NCBI GenBank assembly: GCA_040954595.2
Contig: CM082589.2
Location: 3,300,213-3,364,212 of the forward strand
From: Balanoglossus misakiensis
Lineage: Eukaryota; Animalia; Hemichordata
Reading direction: 5' to 3'
Length of the DNA stretch: 64,000 nt
Shown here: piece after piece, positions 49,858 through 61,800 of the stretch
Layout: the number at the start of each line of letters is the position of its first letter
How positions within the stretch are numbered: the first letter of the stretch is position 1
Position numbers and translations under genes: made by a program
Notes under the pieces: generated by a model
The model's input: only the letters and a program-made list of their open reading frames with translations
What the model was told of the DNA's origin: nothing
The model's database searches: none

Positions 49858-52800
49858 ATGGCGGATCGACGGGCACCGGGAAGTTTGTTTTGGTTGTGTA
49901 TTTTCACTGTCATTATTGAACAGCAAAAGTTATTTACTACCTCAGCCATTGCACAAGGTAAACATAACGATAGAAACTATTTACTTGGTGACTTTGATCC
50001 CGAAAAGTCAACAAGAAACGGTAACGTAGTACGCCAAAGATCAGCTGATGTTTTCAGAGATTTCTACACAAGCGATCAGTATTCACGCCCACTTCTCCAG
50101 AACTTCAAAGGTGACAGAGAATACAGTTATATCCCAGACGAAAATCAGGACGATTCTGTTTTGAAGGTGAGTCTTTCTGAAGTTGAAGGAGGAGCCAGTG
50201 TTGCGATCTGTGTGTAACGATTTCGATCAAGTGCGTTCTTGTTGGACTTTGCACAGTTTGCATGATTTGCTGTATACCTCCACTTCTGGTCGTGTTTTTG
50301 TCAGATCGGACGGGTTTACGTGGAAATGGCGTGGGGTGGGGCTGTAGATCGCTGTGTACGGGAAGATCGTAACAGCATCTGGGTGCAGAGACGCCGATCA
50401 TGTCGTTATTTGATCAGAGATCACCTGGTCCACTATACATCCACTCTGCCAATAATCGGACGACCAGACAAATTGCTACAATGTATCACATGGAAGGTGC
50501 TCATTGGTTCAAAAATATCCAGTGACTGCCCCAGCAAGAAGAAATGTGTTGGAGATCTCAAAACAAAGCCTGTATATAATATTTCATAATTGTTTTGATT
50601 GTCAGTAACCTACTCACTTAAATTATACCCACTCAGGATAAGAAGGACCCACCCAATAAAGATGAAATCACTTTGATGAACAGATTATGGATGACGTTGA
50701 GAGTTGGAAATCTACCAAAGATAGGTATGAACTCTATATACTAGACACTGAGGGATTTGTGCAATTTTACACACCCTGCTTATTGAAACAATGAATGGGA
50801 TATACAACAAAAATGACAGAGTTCTGTATAAAGTATTATTCCAAATCTCCCTTAAAAATAATTCCAAATGCTTGTTGTTGTACTATTTGATAGTCATAAC
50901 TTATTTTCGCACAGAAAGAGGAACAAATGGGTATGTTCCAGGCTACAGTTACAGGGACCATATGAGAGAGCACGCCTATCTAAATGATGGTAGTTACCTG
51001 GAGATTGGCACTGGTATTACTGCCCATCACTTGGCTGCATGGAATGATACAGAGACCACCGCTGCAGCCATTGTCATGCCAGGTTAGTTGAAATGTGTAC
51101 TGAGAAGAGCTACAAAAAACGACAAAATGTTTCTTTGAAAATACATGTATGCAGAAATAAAAACATGTTTACTGTATACTGGAAGTGTGATATGAAAATA
51201 ATATGAACACTTCTGAAGTACCATTCTCCGTTTGGTTTATCCTACAGACACGTATTTGCCACAGATTTCCAAATATTCAGAAGATCTAAATCTCTTTCTG
51301 CACTCCATGGATTTGGAAGATCTGAGTGAGGCTTTGGACGAACTGCAAATCGATTACCAGGTACAGTCACCTCGCTTTTCATAGGCTTAGACACCAAACT
51401 GTGCTTGTCGCACTTTTTCGTAAAACTAAGGACCAGGTGCCTTCTATTTATTGCAGACGATGTTTGGAACAATACTGCTGAGTAACTTGACAGCTCTGAT
51501 TGGTGACAACTTGCCTCACGAATACGAAGAACTACTGGCCAAAATCTTCTCACTGTCTCGGAACACACTTGTGTCTCACGCCAATACAAAAGATGCCAAT
51601 ATGGTAAGCAAGAGAATGCATGCACAGTGCAACCTTTAATAAAGTTTTCACTGTAATGTATTCTTGGCGTTGACAACCTACACATCATTAGCGCAGGAAG
51701 AGAAGTCTTGATGCTTACTGTAACTATTATTATTTTCAAGGTCTGAAAGTCAAAATACTTCAAACCATCGATTTTCTTTTGATATTTTCCGAGCAATTGA
51801 CCCAGACTTTCCTCCCCCAGGAGTCATACTTCAGTAACTGGGAGAACATCAATGCCCTGTTGCGGGGAGCCTGTGACATCGGTGGGTTGGAGTGTGAAGT
51901 GTCTCTGGTGCTGACAACTCCATTTTGGAAGACAGAGGATGATTCTCTGTTATCGCTGGTCGTGTTGAAGTCGGCACAGAGGAATCTACCCAATGACCTG
52001 TGTAATGACATTGAAAAGGGAAAGAAGGTATTTCTTCTCATCAAGTAGATCCTTGCAATATTATACATATTTATTTCATCTGACACTGCCTAAAAGACAG
52101 TGTAGTATTGATCCAAGATCATCACACAACCTAACCCATTCACCACCATGGTTTGATCCAAATTCATCACTTCCAAAGTTGGTGAAGTTAACCTTTTACA
52201 AAATGCACTATCTGGCTTTTTCAGTGTTCTCTGGTGTACATCAAGAATGGTACAGACGAACTGACCATACAGTATGACGATGATGACGACAGCTACACCC
52301 TACCTCCTTTGAGATCACACTCCATTCCATTAAATACTTTGCTCAGATTAGGTGAGTCAGATAAAAAGACAATACATGTGCACATCAGTTTCATGATACA
52401 ATCTAATTTTAAGTTCTGTCTGCCCTCATGTGTCATCTCGTCTAAGCTATTGTGGTCCACTTGTGTGTTAAATTATATACATGCCAAGAGTTGATTAGTC
52501 ATGTAATGTACATCACTTGCTTCACATCAGTCCTGTCAATGGTTCATTGAGTCAAGACGTCTTGAGTCATACTTTTGTTATATGCTTTGAAAATGCAGGT
52601 CCCACCAGATCCACAAAGGAGCGATTAGTGCGACAGTTCTTACAGCTGCCATACAAAAGACAGATGTCAACACAAACACTGCATGTATACCCAAACCGGA
52701 TGCAGCTTTATTTACCTGAGGTAACAGAATACATATTTTGTTGTCTGTACATGACTATCAGAACACGAGGATAACATATGCAAATTAGACACAGTTATAT

Positions 52801-55800
52801 TCCTGAAAAATGAGTTTATTATTTTGCAGGATGATGAGCTGTTCCTAGACAGAAACAACGAGGGTGAAAGACTCCATGCTTGGGTGGACACTGCATTGAA
52901 GGTAATTCAGAAACAAAATTCTGGTCAACTCTTTCCCTTACTCTTGCAACAATACTGTTGCTTTAGTATTTGGTCATATCTTCTGTAGTACCTACCGTTC
53001 ATTTTAATCACCAAAGCTTTAGTGCCATTGATTCTCTGCCTCTATTTTCATAGCTTGGAGAGTTTGCAACCGAAAATCACATTAGAAATAAAGCACAGAA
53101 GAGGAAAACCAACATTAACAACTATGAAGACTACCATGTGGTGGACAGAAATCTGGAATTTGACGTAGAATATGAAGATGGCGTGAGAAGTCAAGATGTC
53201 TTTGACCTCAGAGGTCAAGGAGGCAATGGTGCTAACATTCACATGAGAGGTAAGCAGAGAGGTTAGTTTCATAATATGTGCCTTCTGTTTTGGAAATTTG
53301 GAAATAAGGATTTGACGTTTGAGGGCGCACTACCCTATCATGTTGAGTGGATGGAGTCTTGAGAATCTTGTTAAGTGGAGGATACATGCTGACTAACTTG
53401 CACTAGAGCAAAAAGCAAGCTGGTTCTAGGAGAGTTTCCCCCTGGACATTTACCCATCAGAGGCTCACTCCAGCCATAACACTAACTGGTAACTGGGAAA
53501 TGCCTGGTTGGTGAGTGTCCAGGGGGTAGCTGCCCTAATACAAGCAAAATGTAATGTGCTAGGTCCTGACAACATGGCCAGGAGGAGAAGAGTAAGACAA
53601 GATGACACTGAAGTAGAAGAGGATCCAGGAGAATACTTTGAACAACAGAAAACGCAGTTGGATGGTGTGGCCCGGATGTGGGATAGAGAGAATATTCCCA
53701 GGTATCAATCATATAACAATTTTACTTTAGGAGATTTTCTCGATTTCAGGAGATTTAGAATGAAATTTGATCTGATAGAAATGACAATGTCCCCACCTTG
53801 AGGAGGACAGGGGTATATATTGGGGTAGGTTGGATTGTCAGACCCACACAATTATTTTTCTGTGGACTGATCGCCTCATTATTTTTACAGAGAAGCTCAT
53901 CAGAAAGGCCAGCTTCAAAAGATGAGCGAGCACTGGGAACGAGACCTGGAGGAGGGCGACTACAAAAATCAAGAGGAACGACTTGAAGATGGTGAGCGGG
54001 AGTTGAAAGGAGTTGAGAAGATGTTTGTGAGGGATGAGGGCAATGACGATGAGGAAGATGCGAAAAACGAGGCGGATGGTGAATTGACGAAGGATGAGGA
54101 GGACTTGATGAAGGCGATGAAGATACTAGCGGAGGAGAGAGAAGAAGGTGGGCAAGACGTTGCCATGGAGCAGGAGGGAGGCGATGACGATGATGATGAG
54201 CAGGATGAAATAGATGAAGAGGAGGAGGAGGAGACTGATGGAGATGTGCAAGATGACGGTGATGATGTTGGTGATGATGATAATGGTGATGGTGATGTTG
54301 ATGATGATAATGCAAATGAGTTAGACGAAGCAGCTGATGTACCAGACAACGCTGGTAATCAGATTGATAATGTACAAAATGAATTTGTACTACGAGTGCC
54401 GAATGACGACCATCAGCCAGCTGGGGGTAGTGACAAGGACAATGCTGGGCACCATCTACCAGGTGGTGGCGCTGTTCAAGATAACATGCAAGACAATGGT
54501 GGGCAGCCAACGAGAATTGGTGTGCAAAACAATATGGTTCCTGTACAGCATGTCATAAATGCTGACAGTGAGCAATTATTACAAAAAGATGCACCACTGT
54601 TACATCCTATTCAAAATAATGACATCAAGGATTCGAAAAAGACAATTAAGAATGAAAATAATTTAGTTGGCGGAAGTCAGCAGAATGAACAGGGAATCAT
54701 GAAACCCAGATTGAATTTACAAAGAGGGAAAAAAGTCATCCAAGAAGAAAGGAAGCAGGACACCAATGTAAAAGTCCATCAAGAACGTTTGAGAGTTCCT
54801 AAAAAATCAGTCGATGAACAAGCTCCAAAGACAAAGTTCAGAGAGACTGCCATAGTGAAAAATGGGGATGGTGATAAAGGGAATGCTGGGAGAGTGGTTG
54901 AAAAAGTGAACAGACATGATGAGCAACAGGATGATCTGTGGAAGAAGAAAAAAGACAAAATGAGAAGCAAGTTGCTAGGAGTAGGACGATATCCCAAACA
55001 GGAACAACAAGTGGATGATGCTAGTATTGTTAATGGTGAGAAAGTGAGAGGTCCACAGGTAGGTCTATAATCTCTAATTGATGATGCAGACTTTGGCAAC
55101 CCTGCCTTGCAGGGTCTTTGGAAATTCACTACCGGTACTGGTAATTTCCAACTAATAAAATGATCAAAAGTTATAGTTCCTCTTCTTGAATTACAGCGGC
55201 GACTACTTGCTTTGGAAGGTGTCGACGGCAACACCGACGAAGACCCCAAGAGTTACGTGCAGAAACTGCTCGACTTGTGCTCAACCAAATGCCAGGCTCT
55301 GACGGACATCGCCAACACAGATGGTCACATCACGGCCATGCCGACACTGGACTCTGACACAGGTAAAGTGGAAGCTACGGTTCTGGGTAAGTCTACCAGG
55401 ATCTATTGTTGCCTAAACCTTTCACCAGGGACTCAGAGACTGTCATAAAGGATCTAAAGTTACAGAACCAACTTTGTGTACAACTTGGTCATACAGTATT
55501 TGCTTAAACCCGCATTTACCCCTCTACAAAGTTCTAGCTTTGTGACATCACACTAATTTGTTTGTTTTGTATTTTCCAGCAACAGATATAACACCTTTCT
55601 ATGATGGAAATGATGATGCAGACGACGATCGTTCTTCGCTCGACAAATTACGATACCGGCAGCTGAGGAGCCACGATGCCCATCGGAATGAACTGCTCTA
55701 TGATAGAGAGTGGAGGGTCTTGAAGAAGTATTTCATGAGATCAAGATCAGATGAGAACTTCAATGTACTGACTTATGGTTAGTAGGAATGTTTTTTCATG

Positions 55801-58800
55801 TCAACGTTTAATGTGCTCACCGATGTTTATGTGAAACACTCACGTGATTATTCAGCACCGTCACTATTTATAGTTGTTTTGTAGCCATGATTTTTTCTCC
55901 TCAATGTTGACACCTTCTATTGATTGAAATTACCAGGTGGTGAACAGCAAAGTCTGATCGGAGCCAAAGTTGCCAGGATGTTTCCTAACAGTACCGTCAT
56001 CACAGTCATTCCTCCCAGCCAGAAAAATATCGTAACAAAACACAGGTATGATTGAGAAATAGAATGATCTCGCTCTACTCAGTGACAAAATATATCAGAG
56101 ATTACAGACATCATTTTAACAGAAGAGTAATGACCCTGTTTAAATATTTTTCATTTCAGAAAATTACAGAACTCACTGCAGTTTCAGAATAATCTGCTTG
56201 TGCTGCGTCAACTATCATCGGAGTTGATATATAAACTGTATAGACTCCCAGAATTGTTCAAGTTCCAGGTGAATATAAATTATATTAGATGGTCATTTTA
56301 TTTTATGAATGTTCCATTGCCATTTAGCTGTTTGCCTCTGTCTCCCACAGGTGCTTGGACTGACCATGTTTGATCAGATCGTATCCGTCGGACACAACTT
56401 TGTGAAGTTACTGAGCCAGGTTCTCTCTCTATCCCAAGTCACATTCATGGAGGTGCCTTCGCCCGCCCAGCTGATCCTAGCTGATGTGCTGTTTGGTAAT
56501 CATACTGGCTTCAAGGAGAGTGGACCTGCTGTGTATAAGGTAAAAGAAAAAGCCAAGTTTGAGTGACAATATACATATGTAACATGGTTATTCCAGTCCT
56601 AAAAGATATTTATTTGGTGAAAAATCAGCCTTGGCTCCAGACAGAAAATCTTATTTTTCCTGTAAATGAGGATGGGCCCAGCCAGCTTGGGCCCTTACTC
56701 ACTGGGAGAAAAACATGCAAACACTGCATAGCAAAGCAAGCATTATGAAACCTGTCTACTGAGAACACTTTTAGAAAGTATGGTTTTTGTACTGTGTTAA
56801 TGTTGCAGGGTCTTATTTATGAAGCGTTGAAGTTCGCAAACATTGAGGACGCCAAGGTAGAAATCATAGATGATTCGAGATTCTCAAGAAAGATGGCCTC
56901 GCTGAAGTTGCTCAAAGTGGAAGTCAAGACACTGAAACGGCAGGTACGTGTGTGTATTGTGTGCGGCACAGCAGTGTTATAGAGATGGAGAGTCTTCAGT
57001 GGTGTAGATTAGTATGTGCGCTACGTGGGGCAGCTTGCATCACCTGACGGGGTAAATGAACTCAGCTTGACGCTTGGAAGGTCTTAAAAATTATTGTTTG
57101 TCAGGATTATCAGCGATTGCAAACCATGATAAGCTTCTAGACCACCACATACAATGCACATTATCAATCCGCGTCTGTCTGCCTTGGTGATGTGTAATCA
57201 ATCCCACTTGACTCTCAAATAAACAATATAAATCTGATTGTCTGGTTTGATGTGACAGCCATGTGAACCGTCCCTCTTGACTCTGACAGTTTGACAGCAT
57301 GACATAGAATTGACTTATGTCAAGGAAACTGAAGCACAGTAATTTATCATGGCTTACAATTACTGATAATTAAACCACAGTCAGACAGAATTAAATGCCT
57401 TCCATGTCCAACTTTCAAGCTGAGTTAATTCATTCCAGATTCACCTACATGTAGTTTGAAATATTTTGTTTTTTTTCTGACAGGTGTTACTAGACTGTAA
57501 GAACAACATGGGTGACCTGTCTCTGGGCACTGATGGAGCTGTGACCATAACACTGCATTCCAAAACAGACTCGACTCCCATACTATCAAGAAGAGCGATG
57601 AAGACTGTTGGTTTAGAGACCCTACTGACTATCGGGTTACAAAACATGGAGAGGTTAGTTGTGTGTATGGTAGGCTGGAGCCTGTCTTAGCCTGTGTTGG
57701 CTTATTCCAGGGAGGTCAGGTTTATACAGGGTCTTCCCATGAGGAGTCAATATGCCCAAGACAAACCAAAGTTACATACACTGACTGCAATCTTGTCATT
57801 GGCACAAGATGTAGAAGATGAGACACGATGACAGTACTTGTCTCCATAGAAAATTGTTGGTACACAAACTCTGACACTATATTCTCTGCTTTCAGGATGA
57901 CCTTGTTCAAGTCCTATCTCATGATGCCCCAACACAAGGACATGTGTCCCTTCCACATCATCTGGTACCAAGACAGACTCCTTTATGATAGCATCACATC
58001 TCCTGCCACCCACTTCAGGGTCGACCAGAAAGTTGAAAAAATGGAAACAAATGTAGGTGGTGTTTTCTGTGGGGAAAAAAGATTTCATTTAATGATGTTG
58101 GTCTGAGAACTTTCTCCATTTATGTTTGAATGTATGCATCCACTGCCTGCAATCTGTTGCCCGCCTTTTCTTGTTCATGTCTTGCCTCTAGTTTTTAATT
58201 TCCTTGTCTATGTCATCTGGCTGTTTCGTGCTGGCCTGGCTAAGCTTCCCCATTGCGCACGTTGTATGACCTTTGGCGAACGGTTGTGTACAATGCCCTC
58301 TAAAGGCGCAATATATCAGTCTGAAACTGTTAGGCTATCTCGATGCGTGCAGGCTTATCGGAACCCAGTTGATAACTGAGAAATGTTTGTCACACGCTGA
58401 TAAAAGCAACAGTTCGTCCTTCAGGTTCATTGTGTGAAGCAAGAAGTAAACCATAAAATTAGTCAAGATCAGACTAGAATTAAGTTTTCAACATTCAAAG
58501 GTGGATGTTACTCATATTAAGGCTATGTTTACTCTGCCTCAGTGAAAATGTTGTGCACATTGTTATGAAGATGAATGGTGACTGCAAGTTGAAGGCATGT
58601 TGAACTCAAGAAAAAAATGCATGTTCATTCTTTCCTCAGGCCCTGTTGGAGATTTTGAAACAGCAGTTAAATGATGAACCATTTTCTTTCATGCAGTACA
58701 ACAGCAGGAATGGTAGGTACAGCAGCTCGGACATGTTTTGTCGAAATATCTGTGCGAACGACAGTGAAATAAATAATTGCCTTGCCTAAGGTCGTGAACC

Positions 58801-61800
58801 ATAAATGAAATGATATAGTATGAATGAAAAATCAGTAATCCTTGTTAAATTTCTGTGATCATACGCTCACATGATCTTTGCTTAATTTGCAGACGATTTA
58901 ATTCTGACACTAGCGTCAAAGTATCCCAACAGTACTTTCATATCACTGTTGGAAAACATGGACGATGCCAAAGACGTTTACGAAAAAGTGAAAACGAGGA
59001 ATCTGTCCAACACACTTGTCACAGCTCTGGTCAGTGGTATTGATGAGTCCTTTGCCCAGAAACTGGTTGAGAGTCCAGAATTTCTCCGTTATCAGTTTAT
59101 AGGTAAGCTTATACCGTACATCTTATCATACAGATGACATCGCTTTTCACCGAAAAGTTTGCTGTGCAAGAAGTGTGTGAGAGCGCCCCCAGGTGACGAA
59201 TAGTACAATCCCAGCTACCTCTGTTGTCAGACCACCTGGTCCTTTGTATGCAAATAAGCCGCTGAAGAAAAGACTTGGCATTCCCTTTTGTATGCAAATA
59301 CGATTGTGACATGACATGAGTTGGTTGCATGCGTATCTCTGCCAGGGTCGTGATGCAATGTTGCAAGTACCAACAAGTCAAGTGGATGTTGATGTGTTAA
59401 GAGTGAATGCCCCATTTTTTATCTCATTGTCAGATGTTTCGTCATCTGCACCAAACACATGATTTAGACAACAGCCCATCACGTTACAGCAAATGAGATC
59501 ACGAGTGGTGGCAAGCTGTTCCAGCTAGTGAGAAAAGTCTTCACGGTTCGGTTAAACGAACTTATCAAGTATATTGAATTGCTTGATTTGGAAATACACG
59601 AGAATACAATGACCAAAATCTGTGATGTGAATTAGGTGTGAAAATGCGTGAATCTCAGATCTGCTTAACTACTTGTCAGTTTTTAAGTCAGAATTAGCAA
59701 GCAGCAAATTGCAATCAACGCTGTTTCCCTTTCATCTTTCCTACTTTCAGAGAAAACGAGGATGTACATGTGATAAATTTGAAAGTAATTTCATATCAAT
59801 TTAGGTTGTCCATAATCTGTTTATCCCACTGTTCAGAAATATTTTACAGGAGCATAAAATTCTCTGACGTTATAGTGTGATTCATACATCTCTGAGGCAC
59901 CATTGTGTTTGTGTCTCTAATGAATTAAATCCTGTGACAGTTTATCAAATCTTCATCAGTTATCTAGTGTTGCCTTATATAACCGCAGCTCTTCAAATCT
60001 AACACTGTGGAGTTTGCTCAGCATACCTGGGGTTGGTAGCTGTCAACTATTGTGTTTCAGGGTAGTCTGGTTTGCCGAGGTCTAAATTTGGTACACAGGG
60101 TTGTTGCCAGGGGGAATTGATAGCCCCTTATCGTGTTCGGTGCTGCTGCGATAATTTCTTGCATCAGCTGAGTAAACAAGTGGAAAGATGAAACTTCTGG
60201 CGCCGAAATAAAAAAAACTACTGACATGAAATAAAAAATAGCCATCGCTACAGGTTCAGTGTGCGGCCACTTGGGTCAATGCACCTTGTGATTCAAAAAA
60301 CATTTAAATGTTCCCTCTTGCGTTAATAGCCCACTTGACCTTTACAACACCATGGTTTGGTCCAACCGCATTGTTCTCAATGGCAAGACTGGACCTCTTC
60401 ACAGGGAAATGGGGGTGAGAGGGTCAAACACTTGTGATGAACTCAGGACTCGAGTGTCATACATAATGCAAACACTAAAGTTGTTTGAGATGCTTGTTGT
60501 TGTAAAGACATTAAATTTCTGACGCATATTTTAATTTCCATTTAAACTGACATTTGATCACAGATTTAAACCAGTTCCTTGAAATGGTTGACAGTCCAGA
60601 CGCCAGGGAAGATTTCAACCAGATTCTTGGATCAATTATATCAAGTGGCGTGACAACATTTATACAGTTGCCCTCAGCATATGTAAGTCTCAACTCTTTG
60701 AGGTCAAAGATCAGTTCTTTATTTAATTTGGAAAGTCTGTAGGACTCTTTGAATTAGCCACATCATTTTTTATCAAAGATGGATTTTAAAAATAAACTAC
60801 CAGGTTCTTAAGCCCAAAATACACCCTTGCTAGGAAACATATGGGTCACTGTTTGAATGGGCCAATTGGTCAATTATCAAAATATAAAGTCTATTTAATA
60901 GGTATAATTTTGGCTGCTTCTCTCACTGTTGTTGTTCTGTGTATTGAGTTTAGTTTCTGTTCCCGGTGTTTTGCTCATAACATGCTGACCCCCCACATGG
61001 GTGCAGTCGGCTGTGTTTCTGCAGGAAACTGAATCAATGCCCGCACTCGACCTCACGTCACAGTGAGTAAGAAATAAAATGTCTACGATACGCATTCTTC
61101 AGATAATTTTCCATAAAACTGATATGGTCAAAAAGTCTCTTAGCCACAGTGTACCCTCTGTTTGTTAGATTGCACACTGCTTGGCCTCCCTCCCCAATAA
61201 TAGAAGGGAGTTTGATATTGGTCTTTTGACTAATGTGATAAGAGGATTTAAAAATTCTCTTTGACTGAAAACGCTTAAAATGTTTTGTTATGTTTTTGCA
61301 TCACAGACAAGGAATTTTCCCTGACGTGATATTTCTACTGACAGGATGACAGCATACCACACAGGATATATGGCTAAAAGACAGGGGGTTTACACAGGAA
61401 AATTACACCAGGGATCATGTATCATCAAGAATAAATACTTGATAAACTTCTGACCCTTAGCAGCCAGGCACCTTTTAAAACAGCCCCCCCCCCCCCCCCC
61501 CCTCCAACAAAGCGATTTGCAAAATACAGTGTGTTGTACATGTATGTGCTTGCCAGAAACAACATCTATTTTGTGTGGAATTTTTTTAGGCCCGAGATCG
61601 ATGTATCTGACATGTTAAATCATGCACACAGTACTGGTGTGACTGTCTGATAAAAATATCTCTCCCAACGTGAGAGCATGTACTGGTACATGATATGGTG
61701 TATTATTAGAGAGGTTTACTTCCATGTAATTACGTTTGATCAGTATGCATTGCATCTTTGTCATGTGACAGTCAGGTGTCATATGCCCGCAGCATGAATC

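Noticed and set aside
53755-55249. His-rich and Ser-rich minus-strand ORFs
   Set aside because: These are antisense shadows of the acidic linker exon of the plus-strand gene.
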